NCBI RefSeq assembly: GCF_000315625.1
Contig: NW_005434641.1
Coordinates: forward strand, 13,321 to 75,350
DNA from: Guillardia theta CCMP2712
Lineage: Eukaryota > Protista > Cryptophyta
DNA length: 62,030 nucleotides
Direction: 5' to 3'
Shown here one piece after another: positions 49,472 through 62,030 of this stretch. A model generated the notes under the pieces. It searched no databases, was not told the DNA's origin, and saw only the letters and a program-made list of their open reading frames with translations. A program made the position numbers and the translations under genes. Position 1 is the stretch's first letter. Each line of letters begins with the position of its first letter.

Positions 49472-52400
49472 CTAGGTTCTACAGACGCAGAAGTCCGGGA
49501 GCACTCGCTTGTCTCTGCTCTCTGCTCTCACGAGGCAGCACACGAGACTGCAGCAGCTTACCTGCAGACCTCGTGCTTGGCGTAGGGAGAGATCCTGATG
49601 ACGTTTCGAATTGTCCAGAAGTCCTTGAGTACAGAGGAGGGAAGCCTCTTTGCCGCCTCCTCCTTCCTCTCTCCTCCTCCTCCACCTTCTCCTCCTCCAT
49701 CGGATGCCAGGTAGAATTGTGTTCTCCCCAGCAAAGGGCCGAGTTCCATCTGGGCAGGAGTGAAGTCCACCAACTCTTTCTGCTTTCCATCCCAATGTTG
49801 GGTGAGGTAAACTTCCACCACCCACTTGCCCTCCATCTCCTCGACAGGCAGCAGAATCTTCTTCTTCTGCCAGCTCGCGGACCACTCTCGTTTCACCTGC
49901 TCGCACCGCGGCTGTCGGTCAGGAGGAAGGCGAGTAGAGGGAGCGGAAGTGAGTCATGGGAAGGAGGAAGTCGAAGACAAGTAGAGGGAGGAGAAGGAGG
50001 TAGAGGACAATAAGGGGGACGAGGAGAAGAAGGTTGAAGAAGCAGGATGGGTGCAGAGCAGGGGGTCTGGGAGGGAAGAGGAGAAATTACCGTGCTGATA
50101 GAGTATTTCCATGTCTCCTTGTTGGGTTTGATCCATCGGATGGTGATATGGAACTCATGCTCTACAACAGCCTTGAAGGAGGAAGTGAGAAGAGGAGAGG
50201 GAGGAAGTTTGGAACGCACCCAAGTTTGAGCAACGAACATCATCACCTTCACTCCAGGAGTGAATGGCTGAATGGCGTCCTGTAGCATGAGGGTAGAGTC
50301 AGGGCAGGTAGGAGGGAGCACTCAAAAGCCTGTGAGATGGTTGTGCTGCCTTCGTACCCTCTACCCATGCGGAGTTTCTTCAGCGTGATGCCGTTGGTCA
50401 CTGACCTGACAGACGCAAATGAGTGGGATCACATGCTGATAACAATGGCAATGATGGTAGCACGGTTGTAGTTGATGCTGATGCTGATGCTGATGATGAT
50501 GATGATGATTGTGGCACGTAACTCCAGCAGTGAGCGGATGATAATGATGATGGTTGTGGTGGTGGTGGTGGTGGTGATGATGACTTTGTGGCGCACAAAA
50601 CTTCTGCTTACTTTTGTCCAGGTCTCAGGCCCTCCTTGAGAGGAAACAGTTTTCGGACAAAAACAGCTTCGAAAGTTTCGTTGGTGACCAACGCTGACCC
50701 TCTTGTTGTCAACTTAATGATCACCAGCGAGTCCCCCTCAACTTCATCATCCAGCAGCTCCGTCTCAAGACTCTCTGCCCGCAGATTCGACCCGAACTCT
50801 AGATGGACGCAAGAAGTTTTCTCCTCTGTGAGGCCCCCGCTCGTCGACCTCTGGACGCCTTCGTTGATGTGCTCTACCGCCCATCCCCCGAGCGACCGGA
50901 GCTCGAGGCCGTTGAGGAGTTCCTCGTCATACGGCGCGAATTCAGTACACGCGCAGTGCTCCAGCATGATGTTTGCGTCCTGGCAAGTGCGGGTAGCCGG
51001 GAAGCTGTCCATGAGGGAGAGAGCGTGAGGAGAGGAGGGAGGTGTTCCCTCGCCTATCTTGTGCAAGTTGATGATGTGCCTCAGAGTCGCGTGCACATCG
51101 TAGGGGGTCGTCAGCTTGGGCTGGTTGTGCTTGGCGTACGCTGCCATCGCTGCATTCTGAGACGCGAACTCGTCGGGGACAAGGAGGAAGAGAGCCGGGA
51201 GTTTCGATTCCAGCCGGCCCGCCTTGGTATCCTCGTAGAACTCGCCGTACCAAACTCCATGATCCCCGCACAGGACTACAAAAATCTCCCGAAGCACGGA
51301 TATCCTCAGCAAGGACCGCAAGAGGTCTCGCAGCTCTACGTCGATCTGCCTTGCTCTCAGCATCGACGGCTCGTGCGCGTCCATCACCGACAGATACACC
51401 ATCTTGGGTACGTGGCTGTAGCTGCTCCAGAACTCCTTCACGTAATTCGCGAAGATGCTGAAGATCGACTGCCCCCCGAAGCAAAGCCGCTTCGTGGGTG
51501 TACCGAAGGAGTGGAGTTGAGGTTCAGAGCTCCACTCCAGCACCTTGTCAAAGATGGAGTGGACCGAGTGGTCGGCCATCTGCTCCGCTATCATCCTCGC
51601 AGTCTTTATGGTCGACTCCGGCACCTCTGCATGCTCGAATGTCTTGAGGCGGATCCGAGGGAGAGAGGACTTGCTCCCCACGTACTCTCCATCGAGAAAC
51701 GCCGTCATGTACCCGTTTCTTCCCGCCTCTTCAAGAATCCACTCCTCCGACCTGTTCGTGTCCCGATCCAGCCAGTTTTGCAAGTCGCTGTACTTCTTTC
51801 CTGCAAGGTACGCAGGGACGTTGTTGTGAGTGCCGCTGCTCACCACATTGAATCTCTCGTAGTCATACATCTGGAACTGATTCCCGACCCCGGGCTTGTC
51901 TCCTTTCTTCAGGAAGTCGAGGGTAACTGGCAAACTTCGCAGAGCTTGCTCGCGCGAGAGCGAGTCCACCATGATGAACAGGATGTTGGGCTGTTCATGG
52001 TACTTCTTGAATTTCGCTGCACCATCCCCTCCTCCTTTCCACAAGTCCTCCTCGATCTTCTTGGCTCGTTGGTACTTCTCATGATTGAAAATCGGGTGCA
52101 TCAACAAGGTCACTGCCTCATTCCCTTCCTCCTCACAGCGGAGAATCCCGCTGTCACTCGGCATCAGCATCTCCTTCTCCACCACGACACTAGTGAACTC
52201 GAAGGTGGACTTGTCGAGGTAGTGGAACTTCAGAGCCCCCTTGCGGCATGTTCCTTTCATAGGGACAAGGAGTTGCTCGTGTTCTGATAGTGATACAACC
52301 ACCCCAAGTTTTCGCTGCTTTGGGCACTCATGCACGTCCCGGCCCGCCTCCTCGAAGTATCTCTGCCACTTCTCATCCAACGAAATGTTGGGGATGGGGC

Positions 52401-52800
52401 AGTACATTTGAGAAAGGCCGTGGTTTCGTTTGGCATCAATCCGTCGTCGCTCCTTGCTCTCTGCTCTCCCTGACTTTGGTTTTCTGGACGCTTGGTTCGG
52501 CGCATCGATGACGAGGCTGCAGAAAGAAAGAATGAGAGAGAGGAGGAGGAGGAGGAGGAGGAGGAGGAGGCAGGGAGAAGACGAGAAGGGAGAAGACAAC
52601 AACTGACGAGGAGGGAGAAGACGAGGAGCAAGATTCTCACATGTCGAACAGGAAGGGAAGCAGCGAGAGCAGCCCAACGACGACCAGCAACCTTTCGAAT
52701 AGGTTCCTGAGAGGATCATCCCATACAGTCAGAGAGCAGCCAGGACTTCTCTTACACTTCTCCCATCCACATGGAATTCTATCTGCTTCATCCCCAAACT
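49472..52800 (-). CDS. DUF229 family (alkaline phosphatase/sulfatase superfamily) protein, multi-exon
   Basis: NILFIMVDSLSREQALRSLP, GDHG..YG.F..T..GRLESKLP, LTTPYDVHATL, RTCQDANI..HCAC and C-terminal RISPY...C...FCVC*. Confidence 0.8.
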
Positions 52801-52877
52801 CGTCACTTGCCCCAGCCCTACTCATTCGTCGCACCCCAATCTCTTTGGTGGTTGCATCATTACCTCCACCTTCATCT

Positions 52878-52908
52878 CTCTGTCTCTGTCTCTGTCTGTC
52901 TGTCTGTC

Positions 52909-52965
<57 letters not shown>

Positions 52966-53065
52966 GTCTCTGTCTCTGTCTCTGTCTCTGTCTCTGTCTC
53001 TGTCTCTGTCTCTCTCCTCCTCCTCCTCCTCCTCCTCCTCCTCCTCCTCCTCCTCCTCCTCCTCT
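52878..53065. repeat. Compound microsatellite (GTCT)n/(TCTCTG)n/(CCT)n
   Basis: Directly visible. Similar tracts: (GTCT)n 47775-47825, (GGAT)n 57135-57205, (GAGAAC)n 24040-24112, (CCCCTG)n 61960-62030. Confidence 0.95.
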
Positions 53066-53869
53066 CGTCGTCTAGCATCATACACTATTTCATGTGTTCC
53101 AACAATAAACACATCTTGGACCTGATATACATTACATTGCTCTACGTTTTTATACCCGTCATCCCCTCATTCTCCTTTTTCGCAAACCTTACAATCTGCT
53201 TGCCTTCTACTTCAATTCCCATTCCTTCTACCATCCTTGCCTTCCTGTCCTCCTCCCCTCCCCTCCCTTCCTTCGTATTCGCCATGTTCGCACCTCATTT
53301 TTCTCGCCCTTTCGAACGTGTCCACGAGTTCATTTCGTAGCAATAAAATGTAGGAACCTCGAGCCACCCTCAGGATCTCAATTACACAGAGGAAAAGGCA
53401 GAAAACTGCGGACGCAAGCCCCTAGGGCATATTCGACTCGAGTGCACTGAACATGTGACCAAACACGGATCCGGGCCCATGATCGGATCATCGGCGGCAG
53501 CGGGGCCGGACGGCGGCGGAGTGCGGCCCGGCCGGCGTTGAACGGTTGGAGTCACTGAGGCCACTACTTACTGGTGTCAAGTTCTGCTCCGACCGTTAGT
53601 TACCGCCGTGTGCCACACTCAGCGGCGGCCGCTAACCCGGCGGTGACTGATGACTCAGTGAGGCCCTGAGCCCGGCTCGGTGCCGGGGCGGGCCCGGGTG
53701 CTAAAAGCTCGGATCGCCGGCCGGCCCGGCCGGGGCTGCCACTCGGTGGCACTGGCACTTGGCGGCCGCCGGGGCATAGGCGGCTCGGCGGGCCCTGCCA
53801 GCTCCCGGGCAGGCTTGTTATGTTTGTGCAGATTCAGGTGCTTTCTCTCATGGTCTAGTTTACACGCTT

Positions 53870-54745
53870 TTATACATCTAGAAAGCGATTCTTCTCATGC
53901 GGCAGAACTCGCCGGCAAGTCTCTTGCTTCCCGAACACAAGATACCTGTACGGTCAATCTCAGTCAGCCCTGGGCTCTTCTCAGCTCTCCCGCTCTTCTC
54001 CTCGGTACCTGTTGGGAGCTACGATCCTCGAGTACACGAAGTTTCTCAACCACCTTTCACGTTGAACATTCAATGCTCAAATGCCAACTCATCGTAGCAT
54101 GCACACCTTGGAACGACCCACCTCGCCCATCGCGCCATCTGTCTGAGAGCTCCTCCTCCCACTTGCTCCACCACCTGCACAACGAGACTCAGTTCACCTC
54201 CTCAGCAACAGATCGATCGCATCGATCTACCCGCAAGACTGCATCGCTCCTGTCATACACAACCAGCTCTTTCCTGCTGCTCAAACGACCGAGGTCCGGC
54301 TGTGATGCGATGATGTCCATGGGCTCAAGAACGATCAGGGTGCTGAGATCATCGGGATCTCTTCCCACTCTCTTCATGAGCGTCTTGCCAACAGCTCCCT
54401 GCATGCCCCATCATCCTCCAACCCCCCGCCTCTCCATTCTTGTCCAACACCTGAAGTGAAGCGAACTTGTATAAGCCCTCTCTGTCCCTCTTCATGACAA
54501 AGTCGACCTGAAGGGAGTCAGGGGGATCCAGGTCAGGAAGAGAAGCTTCTGACCCATCCATTACACAGGTTGCAGACTCCGTCGTACAGGATCAGCCTGT
54601 CTCCCTCTTGATACCCTGCTTGCTGCAGAATCTGTTCGTTGTACGATGCGGTGTGAGAACCCGAAGCCATAGAAGCTAGTCCTCGCGAGGGAGTGAAGAG
54701 AGCTGTGCTAGCAAGTAGCCGAACAACCAGAAGTCTTGAAATCAT
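53870..54745 (-). CDS. DCC family thiol-disulfide oxidoreductase (DUF393), multi-exon
   Basis: LILYDGVCNLCNGWV|DFVMKRD...FASLQ; YDRSDAVLRV; RNFVY..VAPNRY.VFGK.ETC. Confidence 0.9.
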
Positions 54746-55161
54746 GGCTGCTGTCCATTGCCTGTGTGTTCCGATATCATTTTCAAGAGGGAAAGTCTCA
54801 TCGAAACATTTTGCAGGAATGCTTACTGCTTCTGAACATCATCAAATACAAGTAGCTATCTGTCTCTCCCTCGCTTCTTTCTTAATATGCATCTGTTTTC
54901 CCCACTGTTTCACATCTCTGTAAAGATTTCTACCAGCATTCCTCCTCCTCTAAGCTCGGATCCACCTCGCCATAGTTGTATGTAACTTTTACAGCACCCC
55001 ACCTCACAAACATCGTACTTTGTGCCTAGGGATACAGGGGTAGGGTAGGTCCGTTCTAGCAAGGGTATCAAACATTTGATCGATGGGGTAGGGGTAGGGA
55101 TCATACCAGATGGGTGGGTAATCGGATTAAAAGTAGGGGGTGGTACCTGCTCCCTTATATC

Positions 55162-57021
55162 ATGCGAGCTGTGCCTGCGCTGTTCATGGCGATGTGCGCC
55201 ACGGCTTCGGCCTTCTCGTCGTCCCATGCACTCAGAATCCTCAACCCAAGAGTTCTTCCTTCCTTCCCTTCCTCTATGTCCTCCCTCTGCTCTCGAAAGA
55301 ACACGAGGGCGGCTCAATGCGCCCCTTCCCTGGGAGGTCGCGCTAGGTTTGCGTCCAGCACAGTCCGCATGCAAACGCAAACCGCATCCGTTGTTGATCC
55401 AGAGAAACAGCTAGCAGATCTCGGCATCACTCTCCCGCAGGTTGCATCCGCTGCTGCCAACTATGTGAGCGATGAGCCGTCGTTGTACACAGCAGCCATG
55501 ACCCTTGGTCCAGATTCCCTATGTGGTTTCTGGGAACTATGTTTATGTTGCCGGTCAGATCCCAGTCTTGAACGGAGAGATCAAGTTCAAGGGAAAGGTG
55601 ATGATGCACAGATTGTTGTCCTCATTATCTTATGAACCGGTTGCACACTGTGTTGTCTGACACAACCCGCAGGTCCCCACGGACAAGAGTATGGACGAGG
55701 CTTATCAGTCCGCCAGGCTCTGCGGGTTGAACTTGATCGCTCAGGTACATCTTTCTCCTCATTTTGGTGAAACATCACCGCTGACATGTCTCCCTCCAAG
55801 GTGAAGGCTGCTTGCAACGGTGACTTGACCAAGGTAAGGCCAAGGAGCTGCAAGGGTCTTTGAAGGAGCTGCAAGGGGTTGGCAGACAATTCACCCGTGT
55901 CCTAGGTGAAGCGCGTCGTTAAGTTGGTCGGGTTTGTCAACTCTAAGGATGATTTCACCGATCAACCAAAGGTGCCCGCACTGGCCCCTCTTCCCACTCC
56001 TCGCCCTGTTCCCCACATACCAGCATGTGATGGTCGATAACTCAGGTCATCAACGGAGCTTCTGACCTGATGGTGGATGTGTTCGGCGAGAACGGAAGAC
56101 ATGCAAGTATGTTCTTCTGCCATGGAGAATCTCTTGTCCCGACACGCCAGGGAGGGTCATGACGTGTGGCGGTAGGGTCTGCTGTCGGAGTCAACACCCT
56201 CCCCCTCGGAGTCACCACTGAGGTGGAGGCAATCTTCGAGGTGGAAGTCGACAGGTTGATCTCTCTTCCCTCCTGCCATCTCTCAGCTCTCTGTGGCAGC
56301 CCCTTCGGTCCTGGATATGACAAGAAGGGCCAGCCGACCAGGTTGTTGCCGGGCATGAAGGTGATGGAGGCAGGTGCCGTTCCTCCTCCTCCTAAGCCTT
56401 CGCCGCAGGTCGAGGCGGTGGACCGCTTCTTCGGGGACATCATCACAGTAGCAACCGTGAAGGAGGTCAAGGGAGATGAGGTGAGAGGTCCGGGCCCGCT
56501 CGGCTCCGGCATGAAGGCAGTCCCCAGGTGCTCATCGGGTTCGATGGATGGCCAGAGTCGTACGACTACTGGTGCAAGATTGACGACGGCGACTTCCAGC
56601 CCCCCGGCACCAGCATGCGGGCACAGGCCCGCCTCTCCCCTCCCAACGGCTACGTCGGATACTTCGACTGGGCCTCCTACCTCGAGGTGACTGGAGCCTG
56701 ATGCTGCCCCCCGAGCTCAGCTCAAGTCTTCCCTGGCGCAGGAAACCAACTCGATCGCTGCTCCTCCTCAAGTGTTCCGTTCCAAGACCGTCTTCCCGTC
56801 CTTCAAGGTGTGACAGATCCTGCTCGGCCTGCTCGGCTGACTGGGGCTCCAGGGAGACAAGGCCATCAAGTTCGAGCTGTGGCACCGCATGGAGGTAGGG
56901 CTGGTTGGAGGCCGTTAGGATGCTCACCGCTGACCCGCAGGCGCAAGTCGTTCCCTTGCCTCCTACTCAAGAGCAGATGGATCGGGATGAAGGGAAGGGA
57001 TCCGGCGTGTCGAACAAGTAG
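55162..57021 (+). CDS. YjgF/YER057c/UK114 (Rid) family protein with an ASA-F presequence, apparently fused to a C-terminal MBT repeat
   Basis: PEKQLADLGITLP..AANY, VYVAGQIP, VKLVGFVNS..DFTDQPKVINGASDL..VFGENGRHA and SAVGVNTLPLG..EVEAIFE. It continues without a stop into GMK|VEAVD...VATV.EV....VLIGFDGW..SYDYWC (MBT). Confidence 0.75.
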
Positions 57022-57250
57022 AGGAGGATTGCTCCCTGTAGACGTTGAAAAAAACTTTGATCCCAAAGAAGGAGAGACGTTTGATGGAAAGCAGAAGGTG
57101 ATGGGGAGATTGCTGGAAGGGTAGCTGGGAGCGATGGATGTACGGATGGATGGATGGATGGATGGATGGATGGATGGATGGATGGATGGATGGATGGATG
57201 GATCGGATGGGAGGGAGGGGAGGGGAGGGGAGGGAGGGAGGTCGAAGGGA

Positions 57251-57350
57251 NNNNNNNNNNNNNNNNNNNNNNNNNNNNNNNNNNNNNNNNNNNNNNNNNN
57301 NNNNNNNNNNNNNNNNNNNNNNNNNNNNNNNNNNNNNNNNNNNNNNNNNN
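57251..57350. other. Assembly gap (100 N)
   Basis: Run of N. Confidence 1.
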
Positions 57351-57791
57351 AAGTCACTCCTCCAGCCTTCTTCCCGAATTCCTGAAGGAGTTTTGGAGCA
57401 ACTCCACCCACGTACCCAAGATGGTGTTTCTTTCCGTGATGGGACGCGCACGAGCCGTCGATGCTAAGAACAAAGTCAGTTTGACGTTGAGATGGATGGA
57501 TGGATGGGTCCTTTCTGAGCATATCCCGAGGGAGGGAGGGAGTCAGGAGGGAGGGATGTAGGAATGTAGGGAGGGAGGGAGGGAGGGCGGGAGGGAGAGC
57601 GGGGGTCAGGGAGGAACTTCGGAACGTTTCTTAGGAGGCTTGTTCTGCCCGACAAATTCTCTCATGAAGTTGCCTGTAGGCAACTGAAGGGGTAGGGGTA
57701 GTAATTATATAGTGGGGATTCCAATGAAATCGTGTTTGATACCATGGTAGGGGTATTTCAGCAAAGGGTGGGGGTAGTTGTAGGTGGATCC

Positions 57792-59192
57792 GATGGCGGG
57801 TTTCATCAAGGTAAGGGGAGGGAGGAGGGAGCGAGGGCGGGGGAGGGAGGGGAAGGCGAAGTGTGTGAGAGAAGAGAAGACGAGCAGCTTCGATGAGCTC
57901 ATGCTGCATCACATGCAGATGTACAGGGCTGCCATCGACTGGTTCAGGGCCGCCATGGACTGGTTCCGCGAGAACCGGATGCTTCTTGTCCTACTTGCGA
58001 TCCTTGCCGACACTTGCCGCTGATGTCCTGTGCATCAGGCGATTATCTTCTTCATCATGGATGCTCTCGTTAGCATCATCATCACTACCAAGAGCAGATG
58101 TGAGCTTGCCATGTCGTCCCTTGCTCATGTGACGGAGATTCGTTCAACCAAGATACGGAGATTGATTGGAAAGCGTACATGCAGGAAGTTCAGGGGGTAA
58201 GGCGAGAGCAGCGGCAAAGACCACGTTGACTTTTCCCACAGGTCATAAAGGGACAGTACGACTACGCCAAGTCAGCAGCTTCTTCCTTTCCTATCAGCAA
58301 TCCTCCTCACCAGGTCCAACAGGCTTCGTGGAGGTACAGGCCCCCTGGTGTACCCTGCAGGATTCGTGAGAGCTCTCTACCCGCCTCCTCTTGATGATGA
58401 TGACTGGGACCAGGTCTGGATCTTCTCAATCTTCTGGTACATCTGCGATAGAGGAGCGAACATCGCAAAGGCGCAGTGGATCTTCTACGGCATCTACCTC
58501 CTCACCCTGGTGAGCAAGCTGTTGCCCGATCCTGCAGAGAGGTCACTTGCCCTCCCCCCCTCAAACCTCAGGCCATCGTCATGAAGATCTATGTTCGAGC
58601 GAAGCTTGCTCCTGGATGGAGCCTTGTCCTGCTCTGCATGTCAGGCGATCACCTGGAGGGGGCGAGGCGAGCTGACTGGCGGGGGTAGATCCAAGAGGAT
58701 TCATGCCATCTACATGCTGAGAATGTTCAACGACGGTGAGACTTACGTCTGATCTTGCGCTCCTCAACCATGAGAGCAGGAGTTGCCATGCTCTTCTTGT
58801 TCGCTGCTGTGCACTTCTTCTGCTCCAGGTGAGGAACGCTCCCGTTCGATTATCACTCTCCCTGACCCTCCTCTCTCTTATTCCCTCTCTCTCTCTCCTC
58901 GAAAGGAGGTGGAAGCTGGGCTGCGTCCTCTACAGTCTCGCGGTCTCGGTGAAGATGAACATCCTGCTGTTTGCTCCTCCTCTCTTGTACCTCCTGCTCT
59001 GCGCGCATGGGGTGACGTCCGAAACCCTCCCGCCCTCCCCTCTCACTCCTCTCTCAGGTCTATGGTGCGATCAGGCACATTGGGATATGCGCTTTAGTTC
59101 AGGCTCGTCCTAGTCTTTTTGAGGCCATGACTTCCTCTGACTGTCGAACACAGGTCATCGTTGGACTGCCTTTTCTCCTCTCGGTATCCTGT

Positions 59193-59235
<43 letters not shown>

Positions 59236-59236
59236 G

Positions 59237-59279
<43 letters not shown>

Positions 59280-59304
59280 GCTGCCTGGCTGCCTGGCTGC
59301 CTGG

Positions 59305-59343
<39 letters not shown>

Positions 59344-59380
59344 GCTGCCTGGCTGCCTGGCTGCCTGGCTGCCTGCCTGG

Positions 59381-59415
<35 letters not shown>

Positions 59416-59464
59416 CCCGCCCGCCCGCCCGCCCGCCCGCCCGCCCGCCTGCCTGCCTGCCTGG

Positions 59465-59496
<32 letters not shown>

Positions 59497-59528
59497 CTGC
59501 CTGCCTGCCTGGCTGCCTGCCTGCCTGG

Positions 59529-59559
<31 letters not shown>

Positions 59560-60598
59560 CTGTCTATTTTGTGATAGCGAACGGAGCTGATCTCCATTCT
59601 CCCAGTATCCCACCTCCTACATCTCCGGCTCGTTCAACTTCTCGCGCGTGTTCCTCCACAGGTGAACTCTCCCCCTCCCCCGCAGCTTGATCAGCTTTGC
59701 CTTCCCCTGACAATCTTGGAAAGATGGACTGTCAATTTCAAATTCGTCCCTGAGGAAATCTTCGTCTCAAAATCCTTTGCCGTAGGACTTCCCTCTCCTC
59801 CCCCTCCCCTCCTGCTCCTTCTGACGTCCAGCTAGGTTTTCCTCCTCTTCTGCCATCTGTCGACTCTTGCTGTCTTCTACTTCAAGCACCTCAGGTGAGA
59901 CTTGTCGGGCCCCCGCAAACCTGGTCACGTTCCTTTTCAAGTCGAGCTGCCAAGGAGCGGGTGAGGCTCCACTCGGGCACGGACGATTTCCCAGCTTCTT
60001 TCATCTCGATCGTGAGCCCTCTCCTCTCTCTCCATTCGCCCAGCTGCGAGTGAGCTGGCGGCCCTTCCTTTCCCAGGTCCTCTTCACCGGGAACTTCATC
60101 GGGATCGTGTTTGCGCGGAGCCTGCACTTCCAGTTCTACACCTGGTGAGACTCTTTCCACCCCCTGCTGGGCTGCAGCTGAAGTTGGAGGCGGCAGGTAC
60201 TTCCACACCATCCCCGCGCTGCTGTGGAAGACGCAGCTGGACACGGGAGTCAAGTTGGGGCTGTACGCGCTAGTCGAGCTGTCCTTCAACATCACAGAGA
60301 GGAAGGGATGCTTTCAAATCCCTGTGGGGCCTGAGTGTGGGTCCTCGACGCCTACAGGTGAGGAGCGGATGATGATGAGGATGATGAGGATGATGAGGAT
60401 AAGGAGGAGGATGAGGAGGGGGAGGAGGGGGAGGAGCGGGAGGAGCGGGAACGAGGTGAAAGTGAAAAATCGTGTGCAGGAGCGATGATTTTGAGCGCCG
60501 TTCACCTCGTGCTCCTGCTCGCGCTGTACTTCACGCCACCATGGAAGGCGCTGCGGCCGAGGGGGAACAAGGAGGATGAGAAGGAGAAGAAGAAGTGA
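57792..60598 (+). CDS. ALG3: Dol-P-Man:Man5GlcNAc2-PP-Dol alpha-1,3-mannosyltransferase, multi-exon
   Basis: YTEIDWKAYMQEV, GTGPLVYPAGF, SKRIHAIYMLRMFND, SLAVSVKMNILLFAP, WTVNFKF, NFIGIVFARSLHFQFYTWYFH; C-terminal KEKKK resembling a dilysine ER-retrieval signal. Confidence 0.93.
59190..59560. repeat. Compound (GCCT/GGCT/GCCC)n microsatellite in an ALG3 intron
   Basis: Directly visible. The same motif occurs at 10-53 and at 27642-27663 (reverse strand). Confidence 0.95.
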
Positions 60599-60665
60599 AG
60601 CTTATTGTTTAATCTTACATTCAGTCGGGGGGAGGAGGAGAATGAAGATGTTGTAGACTAATCGC

Positions 60666-62030
60666 TCAGGTCTCCTCCTTGAGGCTCCAGTCGTAGGGCT
60701 CGAAGAGCTTCTTGAAGTTCTCGGCCATCCGCTTCTCGTCCTCGATGCCTGCTGATGAGTCACGAGAGGAGGAGGGGGAAGGAGAGAGGGGGAGGGTGTA
60801 TGTGGGGGCTAGGAGGAGAGAAGAGCTGGAGGAGAGCGAGTTGAGTTGAGTTGAGTTGAGTTGAGTAGAGTAGAGTAGAGTAGGAGTGGAGGATAAGAGG
60901 ATGAAGAGGAGAGGATGCAAAGAGAGTCAGAGTGGGGAAGGGAGGGGAAAGGGGAGGAGATGAGGGGAGGACGCTCACTGAGCGCGCAGTCCTTCCAGTC
61001 TGCTCTCTCCGGCATCCCGAGGAGACGAGCAACAACCTCTCGTGCGAAGTTGAGAGGATGACGAGACCCCTGGGGAACCTGCTGGGTGTCAGCCAGGGAC
61101 GACAGGGAGGAGGAGGAGGAGGAGGAGAAGGGACAAGACAAGCATGATGAGGATGGGTACTGATCGAGGTCATCCTCCTCACGCCACTGAGCAAGAAGTG
61201 AGGAGGGGAGAGAGCATGGATGCAGGCAAGGGGAGGAAGAGGAGGAGGAGGAGGAGGAGGAGATACGTGGAGAGGAAGGAAAGTATCCATGGGGCTGAGA
61301 AGAGGGAGGAAGTAGAAGATGCGACTGTGAGTAGAGGAGAAGGAAGTATTGTGGAGGACCATGGGAGAAATGCAGGAAGTTGGCAGGAAATGATGATGAT
61401 AGAGGAGATGGTGATGATAATAGAGATGATTATAATGATAATGATGCTATGATGATGATGATGATGATGATGCTGATGATGATGATCGTTATAACGTTTG
61501 TGGTGTTCGTGATGACAACCTGAGGGTTCTGTACAAACTTGATGTTCAAGCTGTTTCCGCACTTCTCGATGTGCTCCGAGGCCATGGCCTCTGTGCTCTT
61601 GGAGATCGGAATGACCTTGGGTGAGGCAGTCAGGCAGATAAACCCGAAACATGTGCGGGAGGAGGAGAGAAGGAGGAGGAAGAAGGAGGGGGCAGCGGAA
61701 GGAGAAAGGAGGAGAAGAAGTGTGCATGGGGGAAGGAGGGGGAGAGCGAATTGCGAGGAGGAAGCAGATGGTTTCGAAATTGGCGAAGGGAATAGAGGGA
61801 ACAACAGGATAGGGTAGGAGGGGGTGAGGGCAGAAAAAGCAAGGGAGACATTCGACTTGCAGCTGACCTGGAAATGACAATGCGACTGTCCTGATCGAAC
61901 ATTCGTTGCTCTCTCGTACATCACCTGCCGTCGAATATCAGGAAATCCCACGACTGCTCCTGCTCCTGCCCCTGCCCCTGCCCCTGCCCCTGCCCCTGCT
62001 CCTGCCCCTGCCCCTGCCCCTGCCCCTGCC
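60666..62030 (-). CDS. CWF19L1: CWF19-like protein (CwfJ C-terminal domain), 3' part only
   Basis: HPLNFAREVVARLLGMPERADWKDC...EDEKRMAENFKKLFEPYDWS*; QVMYERA...HCHFQ|VIPI. Confidence 0.75.

Noticed and set aside
50803-52287. 494-aa + strand ORF, and other long antisense ORFs such as 2584..3423 and 13080..13859
   Set aside because: Shadow ORFs opposite GC3-rich coding sequence, with no recognisable motifs.
59094-59690. ORFs with RQAG/LPAC repeats (also 81..392, 52641..53340, 57134..57561)
   Set aside because: Translations of intronic or intergenic microsatellites.
1-62030. tRNA/rRNA genes, transposases, reverse transcriptases or viral hallmark genes
   Set aside because: None recognised by eye. 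tRNAscan, Infernal and HMM searches would be needed to exclude them formally.

Overview
Eukaryotic, intron-rich nuclear DNA with short GT-AG introns, many microsatellites and one 100-N gap. Bipartite signal-peptide+Phe ('ASA-F'-type) presequences suggest an alga with a secondary red plastid; a cryptophyte such as Guillardia theta is my inference, not verified. From left to right: a Sel1-repeat gene; an ~18-kb gene for a giant TM/coiled-coil/collagen/2xSRCR/11x(LamG-like+F5/8C)/7xPA14 protein; a TPR gene; an ARM-like-Roc(EF-hand)-COR-TIR Roco gene; a 4HB(MLKL/RPW8-like)-kinase; a head-to-head pseudokinase gene; coiled-coil and hypothetical genes; a SAM-type mitochondrial carrier; DUF229; a DCC oxidoreductase; a Rid(YjgF)-MBT fusion; ALG3; and the 3' end of CWF19L1. 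Main finding: the apparently non-coding 33.8-35.4 kb stretch reads as 16 consecutive micro-exons (15 of 3 nt, one of 6 nt, all phase 0). Spliced by hand, they give an open Cys-rich N-terminal domain in frame with the pseudokinase, inside a candidate immunity/cell-death cluster. All gene models are manual and need RNA evidence.
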